Shown: positions 12,161-27,489 of the stretch, in pieces | How the letters are laid out: each line of letters starts with the position of its first letter | Numbering within the stretch: the stretch's first letter is position 1 | Assembly (NCBI RefSeq): GCF_009914755.1 | Contig: NC_060931.1 | DNA from: the human T2T-CHM13v2.0 reference genome, Homo sapiens | Direction: 5' to 3' (one strand) | Length of the DNA: 64,000 nucleotides | Position numbers and translations under genes: made by a program | The notes under the pieces: generated by a model | Seen by the model: the letters and a program-made list of their open reading frames with translations, nothing else | What the model was told of the DNA's origin: nothing | Databases searched by the model: none

Positions 12161-14972
12161 CTGTTGTGGTATGAGAATGAATGCCTAACCATTTAAACAG
12201 ATGTTAGACTTTATACCTTACCAGTGCATTCCAAAGAAATACCAGATCTATCTTGCATAAGGCACAAATCTATTTGTGGCCTTTATCCATTAAATTTCAG
12301 TAGCATTGCTCATCGTAGTGACGGCCCCAAATGCTCCCTTTGTCTCAGAGATCACTTCCTATGTATTCATAAGTACAATCCTCTCATACTTGTTACAGCT
12401 ATATTCACCGTTTACTCCACTTCTGCTGGAGTCCCCCATGGCCATCTGCTGCTGATGTACACCACTGCTCATGCCCACCAAAGGCACTCTGCCCCTGGGC
12501 TCCATGTGGCATCGGTCCTGCTGCTGCAGCTGCCTGTGTCTGTGCTGAGGTGCCATGTCCAGGGTCAGGGACAGAGATTCATGCAGTACCTGCTTCTCCT
12601 CCTGCTGCTGCTGAAACAAACTGCTGGTGTACATCCCACTGTACTAGTCATTGTCCTGCCCAGGGCCTGTCATCCCTTTAGTTTTCCAAAGCCTGAATAA
12701 GTCAAAAATAAATTGGATTTTTTCAGTTCAGTAGGCAAAATCCTTCTTTATTATTTTTTTCTATTGTATGTAATATTATAGTCTCAACATCTCACAGATA
12801 ACTTGAAAAAAATGTTTTAGTATTGTTTTAGCTTTTGACCTAAACCCTGGAGTGGAAGTGGAGCCTGTGGAATACAAGAACAGCATACAAAAAAGTGCCT
12901 TTCTTTTTTGTCATCCTGGTATCCTTGGGCTTCTCTTGCCATCTACCTCTTTTTTCTTTAGGAGAGATTCCTTACTATTAAACCTCATGCATAGTTCTGC
13001 CAGTCAAGGCCAGACACAGTGGACTCCTTATTGAACATGGATTAGTTTCACACTAAAACTGCACTATACTGATAAATAATAACCGAATAGCATCTTGTCA
13101 TCTCTCATTGACGATAGGGTTTAAAAGAACAACAACAAAAAATAGATGTATTTTCTACCATTTCCTATTTGGGGGGTTGTCATGGTGTGTTTAGTACCCC
13201 TGGGTTTTAACAATGTCCCGACTGAGCCTGAAATATTTCTCCCGAACAGAGTTTGGATACAGAGCTGAATTTAACCTTCACATATAAAGCCGTAACTATT
13301 TATACCATTGTGATCCAAATATTGCAGAAGCAGGAAGGTTTACTTTGAATCTAAATACAGAATTGAGAAGAAAGGGAGGAAGATGACATGGTTGAGTAGA
13401 AAGGTTATGCTTAATCTGTCTTCTTCAGTTCAGTATTTTGTAATGTTTCTGTTTCTACATTCCTTCCCTCAGTCCCGTGTAGGTCAGCCCAGCAGCCAAT
13501 TTTAGAACAGTTTTGTGTCATTTAAGGGAAAGAACTTTCAACTGTATTTGTAGCAGGCTATAAAAAGCAAAGATACCACCCACAAAATGATATCTAAATT
13601 TTTCCAATTACGTGATTTATTGGTAAATCTACACATTTGTTGTGCCAAGAGCAAAATGAGAAATGTGCCAGGTGTACTCAGAGTTTTAATTAAGGAAACC
13701 TTACCTAATGGAAAGATTTTAATAAGGTATTTTGTTGTTTAAAAGCCATTGAAACAACATTTTAAGCCATTTGTCGATAAAAAGCCCTCAATTATGTAGA
13801 ATATGGCTCATGAGGGAAAGTATACAAACTGGAAAGAAAACAAAAAAATTTGAGTCTTATGTTGATTTTGAAAATCATTTGGGCACTAGTGAGAAACATG
13901 TGCCCAAATGTCAACTCAGACTCCTGGGACTGGTAGATACTGCAAATTTTTTAAGTGATTTGGGTTGGAAAAGCTAGATTCAAGGGATAGAAGGAAATGC
14001 TGAGTAAATGCCAACATTCTCCAAGATAGTGGCAGTCACTGCAAGTTGGAAACAAGGTGAGTGGTTTTGAAGCACAGTGCTGAAAACCTGAATTGCAAAT
14101 CATTTGATGGATAAGGGTGGCCATGAACTTTTGCCACTTTTCACTCCAGATCCATGAAATTGAATGAACATTCTTGAGTTTACCCTCTCTCCTAATGGAA
14201 AATTCATGCACTTTTGCTCTAAATCTGATTTTGCTCTGCTACCAATGACCATCACTCTTCACTGGCTGACCTCAGAGGCAAACTTGGGCAAGGGAACCTA
14301 ACCCCAGCCATGAGGGCTTGAGCCAGGCATAGCAGGGGACCTAGGTAGAAATGACCCCTTAGAGAGAAAGCTGAGCATTACATTGTATTAAGTAAATAAA
14401 TAAACAAATTAAAACACTCAATCCCCTCTCCACCCAATAACAACAGATCTGATTCCCAAAGTCTTGAATAGGAGTTGGAAATTTTAATATAGTTTTTTTT
14501 CTTTGGTGGGGGGAGGCAAACAAAAAGGCAGCAAAGGGGGAATTAGCCATCCTCAATACACAATAAATTTTTTGCCAAATTCAGTTTTTATAACCCTCTT
14601 CTCCTACTAAGTAACTCCCTCTAGCTCACTAAAACACTATCCTGCCCAACATCTCTCTTCATTGGTCTCTTTGTCCACTCTTCTCTCTCCAACAAACTGA
14701 TATAGATTAATAAATCAGTTTATTATTTCCCATTACTTCAAACAACATAATAAAGACTTGGTTCCCAAATTAGCCTGTATCCCTCTTTCTTAGAGAGGGA
14801 AGGAAGAGGGGTATCTGTATTTTGACATTTTTTTTACTGTTATCCAATAATTTCCCATTTTAACTTAAAGCTAACTTGAATTATCTCTACTACTTACAAT
14901 TCAAGCTTTTATTCAGCTTCCACTATCTGGGTCTGCACAGCCAAAATATGACAAAGAGTTCAAGCTCAAGGA

Positions 14973-15290
14973 TTCTTTCTTTTTCTTTTCTTTCCTTTTT
15001 TTTTTTTTTTTGGCAGAGTCTTTCTCAGTTGCCCAGGCTGGAATGCAGTGGCATGATCTTGACTCACTGCAACCTCTGCCTCCCGGGTTCAAGCAATTCT
15101 CTGCCTCAGCCTCCTGAGTAGCTGGGATTACAGACGCCCACCACCATGCCTGGCTAATGTTTTTTAATTTTTAGTAGAGACAGGGTTTCACCATCTTGGC
15201 CAGGCTGATCTTGAACTCCTGACCTCGTGATCCACCTGCTTCAGCCTCCTAAAGTGCTGGGATTACAGGCATGAACCACCATGCCTGGCC
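14973..15290 (-). mobile_element. AluS
   Basis: Reverse Alu; TSD CAAGCTCA at 14961 and 15291. Confidence 0.93.
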
Positions 15291-15708
15291 CAAGCTCACA
15301 AGATTTTTAAAGCTAGGACTATACTTCCCTAATATATTGAAAATGAATGTGACATTGAGTGCTACAAAATTATTTTCTCTAAGATACTTAATATATTTGA
15401 TAAGAAATAGCAAGATATAAATGACTTCTTATCCATCATTCACCTATTCTTAGGCATTTATTTAGCAGTTTAAAACAGGAAGTTCAAGTCTAGGATTGTT
15501 ATACAGGGCCATGCAAACAAGTGGTGTTAATTGAAACAAGATGCTGATGTCAAAACTCTAAAGCCTGGGTTAGCGTATGTTAAATTTGTGAAAAATAATT
15601 CATACGTATGTATATTCATATATATGGTAAAAGCATCTTGCCAGCACAAATGATAAGAGATGATTACAGAAAACTTGGAAGAATATCCTTACAGAAATAG
15701 TCATTTGA

Positions 15709-16078
<370 letters not shown>

Positions 16079-16092
16079 CTAGGCAAAAATTG

Positions 16093-16094
<2 letters not shown>

Positions 16095-16137
<43 letters not shown>
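16095..16137 (+). repeat. Long pure poly-A tract (~43 nt)
   Basis: Direct reading. Confidence 0.9.
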
Positions 16138-16141
<4 letters not shown>

Positions 16142-18014
16142 AAGTGTAATAATCTCATTAACATCTTTAAAGACCAGCAATTATTTAGCACTTCAGATAG
16201 GAAGGCCCTTCCCCTCTTGGCTCAAATTAATTGGATAATTCTTTACTCATATACAAGATATAAGATAGATGTACCTGGCTAATGATGGGGATAACTAGCT
16301 AAGGCTGAGAATTGAGACACCATTTCAGAAACTCTTCTCAGGTTCTGCCTGGCTTCTGACTCAGGCCCTTGGGTCCTCATCTATGAGGAGTGAACTCTTG
16401 TGTTATATGTCACTCAGCCAAACCTGAACCCCTCAGGTTCTAATCATATCACTGAGCAACTGGAGGGAAAGAACCTCAAGGCAAAATGGTTTAGTAATCC
16501 TATCAGAACATCTTTTCTGACATATTTCCATGTTTTTGACTTGTTTCTGGCATTTGGAGCTCTAACCCTCATTAGATTTCATTGTGGCCATTGGCTCTTG
16601 CCTCTCCAAGGTCTATATTCTTACCTCCTTTTGGGAGTCAGATATTATAAAAATCTTGATATTTTAAATATGTACTTGGTTCACATATGTTTACTTTTAA
16701 ATAACATAGAAATAGAGGTAAATTAACAGGAATATTGTGTACATTTTATTATACCAAAAATACCAGGTAAAAATTGAAGGTTAAATTTGCCTGTGAAGTT
16801 GCCATTAAGTAAAAGATATATTAACACATGGTTTCATTTAAATAGGAGCCATGACCCCTAGTGTTTGTGTGTTACATTTAAATTAGAATTGACTTTCATA
16901 TATATACATACATAATTTGGAATCACTGTTATAGGGTTCTAGTAAGTTATTATTCTGACTTAAATTATTTCAATGATATCTGATAGTTACTGCAGAAAAT
17001 ATTCCTGAGAAAAAAGTTTACTATTAATAAAGTGATAAACTACTTTTCACAGTGGGTGGGTTTAGGCTGCCATTCTATTATCATATTTGTTTCACTCTAT
17101 GTGTTAATATTTTTTGGAGGTTGTGTTTTAAATTGTTATTAATGATGCTCATTAATTTATACTAAATTATCCACCTTTGGTCTTGTTGCAGTAGTCAAGC
17201 ATTTTTCTTTTTTAAAAAAATGTCATTTCCCCTGGAAAATTCATGCAGAAAACCATCAAAGGAAAATTAAACTGCCATAAAGTAATAAAACAATCTTTCA
17301 TGCTGTGTGGTCATTGCAGCGAAATCATAGGGCAAGAAAATTGAAGTAGTAGTCTAGATACAGCTTTTATAACCGACAAGAATGAGCAGAACTCAAGGTT
17401 CTTATGTGGTCATGGTCAAAACATAGAGCAGTCCAAGGGGAAAATTATTTCTGTAGAATTGCATGACTTTGACACTTCCACTGAAAAAGACTACAAAGAA
17501 GAGCGTTCATGGCTTGCGTTTACTGAGTGCTCCATAAGCATTTGATTGAGTGGTTAGTTGGTGGAAATTTTGTACAATGACTACCCCTTTAGAGCACATT
17601 GCTGTGTCATTGATCTGGCCACTTTTATGGGTCAAATTGTGTCTCCACTTCACTGGGACATGGACTACATTTCATTTCCTATAACAAAGTGAAAGTTACT
17701 GTTTTTCTGCCAAGAGTACTGTCTAGAAATACCATACTATTCGTATTTGTGGTTTGTTGTACACTGATATGATAACATCATATGAAAGATATTCTGAAAC
17801 CATAGAGAATAAAATATTGTTATCAAAGTCACACAAGTAGTAATACAATAATGTCAGATCTTGATAAGTGAATTATGAGTTGCCTATGTTAAGGCTAGAA
17901 TTCTGTACTAATATACCTTTATGTGTTTGGCGTATCCATTCTCTCAAAGATACTCTGGTCAATGCTATTTGCATAAAATAAAAGTAAAAACGTATTAAAG
18001 AATCGATGTGTTTA

Positions 18015-18318
<304 letters not shown>

Positions 18319-20741
18319 CATAGAATTGTTCAGAGTATACAGATCCCCAAATTATATTATTTAAGCTGAAGTGTAGGTCTGAAATAGTTCCTGGAGTTTT
18401 GTCTAGGTGTCATAAATCTGTTGACTACAAGCTATTTCTGTTTTAATTTGAGTTGGTTGCTTGAAAAGAAGTATGTCTGAACAAAATACAGAGGAAGAGA
18501 CTTAAATACTGCAGTAACTGAAAAAAAAAAATTGCAGTAACTGACTCAGTCCTAGGTTTACTCCATCCATAGAAACCTAATACAGAATTCCTTTAAAGAA
18601 GTGAAACAGAACAAGAAATGAATTCCTTTCCTGGGATACTGCAATGCAAAATTTGAGGAGGATCACTAAAAACATAGTGTGTCTTTACAGGCCATGTATA
18701 AGTAAAGATACTGTGTTTTATTTTGGTCTTGTTTTTAAGAGAGTAATGTCAAATACCAGATGTTTAAGAATGCCATAAGAGGATTCAGTGGATTCACTTT
18801 TATCTGTTAGTGAGTAGTGGTGGGAACCTCTTAGTGTTAAACTCAAAAGGAATAACATTGTAGCTACTCTTTGAAATTTCCGAAGTTAGAAACAAGATTT
18901 CTAGATTATTAAAAAATCTATATTAAACTACTATTTAATAGTAGCAACTGTGTAACACTTCTTGAGCATATAAGTCAAAGGCTGTGCAAAGCACTTTAAG
19001 GGAAATTCATATTTAATTCTGTCAGCATCCACATGAGGTAAGTTCTTAGTATTACTATTCTTATTATTCTAATTTTCCAGATAAAGAGACTGAATTTTAA
19101 AAAGTAAAGAAATTGACTCATGATTACACTTATATAGGCATCTATTAATAAACAGAAATTCGTGTTTTTAAAATGTTATTTATAATATTATTTGTAAAAT
19201 ATTTTTGGAAAAATATTATTTAGCAACTATCTATAATGTGCTGGACAAATTAGATTATGCATCTTTATTGGTTTCCCCCACATCATCTTGGGCCCAAGTT
19301 CAGGCAATTTGGTAAAACAAATGAACCCTAGGCCTCTAAATCCTTAACTTTCTCAGTGTCCTTGTAAGGAGCAGCCTTCCTTTTGGCTGTCTGCTGGTGA
19401 CATTCTCTCCTGTGCTTTCCCATGCTCATTGTGGGTTCCAGGGGGCTTTGCTGATATTAGGCCTCTTGGTCTTAGATAGTTAATCTATGAGCTGTGGATC
19501 CCTTCCTGGGACTGCCTTGGTGCCATTGTTGCAACCCACTCTTGTGTACGTAGTATTGTGCCAATCTAACACTACATTGTGGTAGCGAGAGAAAACCAAT
19601 CCCCACCCATGTTATACACATTTCCTAGGTCTGAACAATAAGTTTGCCTTATACAAATCCAGTGAAGTTGCTCAGCAGTTGGCTTGTTTACTCTTTTCAT
19701 TTCTGTACATACATCTGGTTATTTGGGTAAGAAGAAGTGGAGTTCACTTATTAAGTATAGATTTATCTGAGATCCTATATTAAGTGCCAGGATGTGTTTG
19801 GTGCTTGGCACTAGTCATTCAGTGGAGAAAAAAAAATTAGAATCTTTGCCGTCATGGAGCTTATAGTCTAGTGAACTGAGAATACCCTTAGATGCATTCA
19901 AAATAACCCTTCTCTTCTAACTTCCAATGGGTGATCAAGCTTGTAAACTTGACTCTACCTTGGGATATGTTTTCTCACCATTTTATACACTGCTTAAGAG
20001 GTGAAAGGGTGGTTGATGCTCCTCAAATAGTAGTTAGGGGGTAGGAGCTTGTTCAGCTAAAGCCTCTTCCCACGAGGCTTATTGAGCCTCACTCAAATGA
20101 AATTGGAGCTGATTGACCCTGTGGAGCACTCATAATGACCAGAACATGAGAAGTTAACAGTGGGACTGCATTTCAGCTCTGGTGCTGAGACCCTGGCCAC
20201 TTATCTTCTCCATTAGGCCATTTATAGCACATATTTAAATCATAACTTTGTATCTAGGGTCACAGAGATTCAAGATTGCAAAGGACCTTAGACACCATCT
20301 ACTTATTCTTTTAGTCTACTTGCTGCTAGACTTTTTCATCATCATACAAAGAGAAAACAGATTCAGAGCTGAAGATTTTTGTTCTCTTCTAGCAACTGGC
20401 ACAACTTAGACTAGGCTTCTATTGTTTTCAAAGCACAAGACGAACACTCATTGAGTGATTTCAAGGTCCCCTTTTTGCCATTTCTACCTACTGACATTCT
20501 AGACACTGGAACTGTTTTTCACAGTAGTATGTTTAGTCACTCTTTCTTCCCCACCGTAGGCATCATGGTGAAGGAAAAAAATTAGGTTGAACATTATGAA
20601 ATTGCTGATATTTGATCAACATTCAACAATTTTTTTTTACCTAACAAAAGGCAGTTTTATGTGGCTCAACCTATGCTATCCCTTGCTGCCACATCTAAAT
20701 GCTCTTATTTGAAATCAAAGCTAATATTGCTCCCTTTTTCT

Positions 20742-20742
<1 letters not shown>

Positions 20743-20786
<44 letters not shown>
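20743..20786 (+). repeat. (AC)n microsatellite, ~22 units
   Basis: Direct reading. Confidence 0.95.
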
Positions 20787-20789
<3 letters not shown>

Positions 20790-20859
20790 GTTTGTTTGTT
20801 TCTCCAGGACTTGTGGCTACTGAGAAGACTAGGGCCAAAACTTGTATTTACCAAGTACA

Positions 20860-21325
20860 GTGTAGAGTTTGTGCTGAATATTCTCTATTTGCCCCTCAGA
20901 TTCACTCTACACCCATCTCCAGGGAGCCGTCCTCCACAGACTGCATCCACAGGGCAACCTTGTCCCCTGGCATCTAGCAAGAGATTGAGGACAGGAGGAA
21001 ATAATTTGGGAATATTTGTTGCCAGGCTCCTTCCCCTCTGGACCCTGGCTTGAAAGTGGCTGTGTTCCTCTACCTGTAGCCATAGTCTTCTTAATGGCCT
21101 TTCCTATAACAATGCTTTTGCCTGGTTCTGGAAACTTCTCCTTCCTGGGCTAAGAGTGGTAAAAGCTTCCCATTTTGTCGGCCCTGGGGAGCTCCTCTAC
21201 CCCTTGTTGATTTTCCTGAACTATACCCATGTGTTTGTTAACAGTCCCTTCTTTAATAGTCTCATGGTTGGTAGTCTGTTCAGTTACTCCTTTGACTCTG
21301 CTGTCTTCTGGGGCCCTGACTGATA
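20860..21325 (-). mobile_element. LTR33-like ERVL solo LTR
   Basis: Ends GGGCCCTGACTGATA (reverse of TGTATCAGTCAGGGTCC); GC-richer LTR-type body. Confidence 0.6.
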
Positions 21326-23819
21326 GAGTGATTTCCTGGCTGTGACTTCAGTTTGTGCATATATTAGTTTCTATTTGCTATATGTGAAAGTTCTGATGTT
21401 ATATTTGCAGAGCTGTTATACCTGTAGGCTAAGTTCTAAGACTTATCAATGCCCTCAGGCAGGAGGAACAATTAATGTACTCATAAATGGTACTTATTTA
21501 TACTTCTAATCTCAAAACTAATTGCGAATTATTAAGTAAGGCCTTTATCTTTATTGAAAATTTTAAAATAAGAAAATGCTGGCTAAATCTAATTTTCTAA
21601 TATCAAAATGCAAGACAATATTCAAACATCTGTGAAATATAATTATACTTTTATTATTACTTCCCTATTAATTATTAGTTGTAAGGCAAAACATTAAATC
21701 AAATGCAATATGAATTTGGCATCTAATCTTTGCCAGTGTAAGTGTTTTTTCAGTGTTTAATATTTGACTGTGGTGTATATACTCATATGTCACATAGAAG
21801 GGAAAGAAGTAATCGAATAAAATGTTTTTAATTCATTGGAATATGATTTTGTTCTCTAACCATAGATTGGCTTAAACCTCCAAAACAAGTTCATTGTTAG
21901 AACAAATATTTCAAATATTTCCTGAGCACTTATTTGAGTGCTTATTTTAGTCAGTATAGTGTTCAGTGATATGGGAAGTTCAGAAGATTCATGGGATTTA
22001 CATTCTGGATTTTAGAAGGCTTCCTAACAATGTCACAAGCCTATTAATTGTTGGTAGACAAGAACCAAAACGAAAGCCCAGGTCTCCTGTTTCTGGTTTA
22101 ATCATCATTTTCATAATGCTTTTTCCCCATAAGCAGGCGCTCAGTATCTAGCCAACCAGATATTAAAAGATATTGAAAAGCAGGCTTCATGCATCCCTAA
22201 CAAATTGTTCACTTTTATTCTGGGTAAACTTTACTGATCATAAAGTTACAGGCTTCAGGGCTCTCTAAAATAAGCTAAGAGTAGCCAATAAATAAAAGTA
22301 CAGCACTATCCACCATATGGTATTTCACATTTTAATCTATTTTCCATTCAGTTTGCATATTATGCGGGCAGGAAAGCCCTAAAGAGTCATGCCTAGGTAT
22401 TCCATATTAAGTTACTTTAACATTTTTAACAAGTATATGTTAATGAACTAGGCTATTTGGAAGACTGTGTCATACAGCCTCATCACCCAAATCCCTTCCA
22501 AAAACAGAAGGTCGTTTGAGCATTGTTTGTAGGAGATTTCTAGGCTCTTTGAGTGTGTTGGTTGGGCTATGGAGAAGGGGGATGGATTAATAAATGGATT
22601 AGACTGGACTGTTGAGAGAGCCCTTGAAGGCTATGCCAACAGATACAAGAAATAGTGCTCCAGACATACCTTTATCTGTTAAATGATAGCCTAGGACACT
22701 GAAATGTTTACACGATTATTTATAAAATTCCATAAAATGCATTTGCAGCTTTTAAAGATATAAATGAAGCTTATATCTAAGTTGTGGCTATAATCAAGTT
22801 AAATGAGAATAATTTTAGAGGGGACAGCTAATTACAGAGGTTTTTTTTTTTCTTTTAGAATAATAAAAAGTAACATCCAAGCCTGGAATAATATAATTGG
22901 AAGCCTAGAATTTATTGATATATGTATACATATAAAAATAAAGGTAACATTATTTTGCTCAGTATTCATTTCCATTATCCGATCACAGTTTCAGAGATTC
23001 ATGTGGAAATCTGACATAGTCTTGGCAATTCCTGTATTGGACCCCTTCAGTTTCATGTATAGCTCCACTTGAGCTAAACCAGAAAAAAGTGACATAAAAT
23101 TGTTTATTCTTTTGACATGTTTTTTGACAACTTCCTCAAAACCATTGAGATACTATCTTGGCACAAAACTTAATATGTCTAGCTTCTTTAATGTCAAGTG
23201 TGCTTGGGTTTGAAATCAATTCTGTGCTTTTTGGCAGCAAGGTAAGAGGGAAATCAGAGTAAATTATACTTTTCTCATACTATACAAAAGAAGCCTCCAA
23301 ATCAGCTCTTTGGAGAAACAAAACTTGTCCTAGTAATAGACTCTGAAAACATAACTCTATTTAGTAAAATTTTAATTAAGAACACGTATTTTATTACTGC
23401 AAATTGAAAGGCTTACATAAACATTTCAACTTTTTAAAAGTTGTGATTCCCAAGAAAAGAAAATTAACTTAATGGCTGTTCATTCATCACCTCCAAAACC
23501 AAAGCCATTTGAATATTTCCTTTATTATGATGTATTAGAACTTCATTAAAAGGGAAAACTTACAAGTAAGTTATCATTTTTGGAGGAAGATCACACTGTG
23601 CTAAATAATGAGATACGGGAATACATTGAACAGCTTGACTTCTGCTGACTTTTACTTAAGAGTGTGAAGTGTTTTAAATTAGACTATGTTAGTATTGATG
23701 AAATGTGCACAAAGGGGAAAAATAATTTAAAGGCTTTGTTCTATTTTGAGAGCTAGATAAATTATATAATTAAAAAATAAAGCACTGTGACCTGGGATTA
23801 AGAAAACAACTTCTAAATA

Positions 23820-24200
23820 CTGTTGGAGAGAGTGGAAATTGGAGCAACCATTTTGGGAGGCAATCTGGTCATGTCTAACAAATTTGCAGTGCGTTTACCA
23901 TTGACCTGGCAATTACACATACCAATACAAATCCGCCACTAGACAAACTTGTAAAAGTACACCAAAATAGATGTATAAGAGTATTCATTGCAGTACTTTT
24001 GAAATAGCAAAAGAAAAACATTACAAAAATAATGTAAATACACAACAATAAAGAATGGCTAAATCAAATGTATATTTATTTATTTAATGACGCACCCTAA
24101 GCTATTAAGAGGTATGTATGAAATAACTCTGAATATGCTGATATGGAAAGGATGCCAGGATGGGTTAGTAGGTATAAATAAGCCAGACATATATTATTAT
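23820..24200 (+). mobile_element. Old L1M (L1ME-like) 3' fragment
   Basis: GGAGAGAGTGGAAATTGGAGCAACCATTTTGG...GACCTGGCAATTAC...TATTCATTGCAG. Confidence 0.6.
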
Positions 24201-25046
24201 GACACCTCTTTGGGATAATTAAAAAAACAAACAGAAATACCTACATATATAGGTTCATGTAGATACATTGATATTTATATTAATTACATCAACTTTTATA
24301 TTGAAGAAATATATGCATCTGACCCAATGTGCTTATTCAGATCTTACAAGTTAATACGTAAGCATTGGTTTTTGGTGGGAAGAGGTTCTAGATAGAAGTG
24401 AATTGGAGGATGCTTTTTCTGCTCATTTGATTGCTTTCTGTAATATTTGATTTTTGTAATCATGTATATGCAATAACTTTGTTTTTAAGCATGTCCATAT
24501 GAGTGTTCTTAAGTAAACCATTATTATTGTTCTTTATTTTTATATACCTTAAAATCCAATAATTAATATTTTATAAGACAATAAAGCCCTGTTGTTGAGA
24601 TTCCCAAGGTCAGGAAGCATAACAAAGTTTAGTATATCAGCATTGTATTGTCAGGAAATCAGCTCAAGTTTTCTATGTAATATTCTCATGACAAACAAAA
24701 GTCTGCTCTTGCAGCCACCACCCCCTCATTGAGAATGCATCCCTTAGCTTTGTAGGATAGATCAGCTTGATGTTGGACAGTTAGAGACATTGTATCTACC
24801 TCCCCTTCTGAGCAAGAAAATGAAATCAATTATTACAGTTGTTTTCCTCCTCTGTAGTAAGAGAACATATGGCAAACAAAGGCCTCTCTAAATATGCATT
24901 CATACTTAGTGGATCCATTTTTGATTCAGAATGGGGAGAAAAATGGTTGCATATTTCTCATGTACCCTGCAGTTTAATACAGCATACTCTATTTTCAAAG
25001 CAGTTCCAGAAAGAAACAATAAAATGACTGTCTTCTGCTCTCTTGA

Positions 25047-25190
<144 letters not shown>

Positions 25191-25755
25191 TAAGCTAATC
25201 ATTTTGAATTGTTATAACCAGCATGCATTGTAGGAGACAGCTAACAAGAGAAAAGCACAGAACAGATATGGGGGGTTCACATGTGTGAATTATTAGTTTC
25301 TCTTACATAAATTTTCAGCTATCCTTTTTAAATAAAGAATGCCATCATTGACTTTCTCCTAGATTAATTCAAACCTGTCCTGCCAGAAAATAAACATTTG
25401 GGTAAATTGGACTCTTATCTAATAAGTTACATTAAAGGAAATTGAATTTAAAACCTTGACAATGCAAAACTATAAAATTTTAACTTCCATTTTATACTCA
25501 AATGACTTTGCCTTAGACTATGAATATGGCTGGATGCATTTTTTTTCTGCTATTTTTTTTATGGCTCTTAGCGTCTAAGAAAGCATCTGCTGTGTATCAA
25601 GTTATCCAAGTTTTCTCCAGGGAAAGGATTTTATAATGTAGATAAATTATAGTTAAAAATTAAGAGGTTTTAATTATCTTACCCAAGACACAAATAAGTT
25701 TGCCTCATCTAATTTTATAATTATTAAGTAGTATTTAAACAGTTAATAGTATTTA

Positions 25756-26205
<450 letters not shown>

Positions 26206-26702
26206 AGCACAGTCCTTTCATTGATCAAACTTAGATATTTAACATTTAGAAATATGATGTAGAAAAGCAAATAATTATACATTTTGGTATCATTTATGAT
26301 GAAAGCATATTTGTTTCATTACAAAATATTAAACTGGTGTTACTTTTCCTTAGTAGCCTGAGGTGTTTTTTTAATTTTTTTAATTTTTTAATATTTCATC
26401 CCTTAAGTTAACTCTTCATTATCTGGGAGTAGGGACATTAGGTAAGATTGAACTAGTGGGGAAAGTATTTTCGCATATTCTTGGTGACCTGTCCACTATT
26501 TAAAAACTTAACATTTTTTTCTAGAGAAGAAAAAATAGAGCAAAGGTAGGCAGAGGTAGAAGCTTTTAGAAAGTTTCACCCAAACTGTAATTTATATCAC
26601 TTTTGTTGCAATGGTATCATGCATCTGAGGTCACGGGTACTGTAACTAATTTATATATTTATTTTTTAAATTCAACTTTATTCTACATACTACCTTTCCA
26701 CC

Positions 26703-27017
<315 letters not shown>

Positions 27018-27255
27018 ACCTTTTTTACTTTTTAAAAATACTTTGATTAAATCTGCCAGAGTGGGGAACTATTACCAATTTGACTCCTTCTCGCTGTACC
27101 TCTCCACCACCTGGTGGTGATGCTAATAAGCAACTGAAATTGTTCAAGGAAACCCACACACTGAGGGCTGGCGTCCTACAAAGGATAGAAGCAGTTTACA
27201 AAGCTTGTAGGTAATTTACAAATTATGTACTCAACCCTACATTATGGAGCGCTAA

Positions 27256-27489
<234 letters not shown>

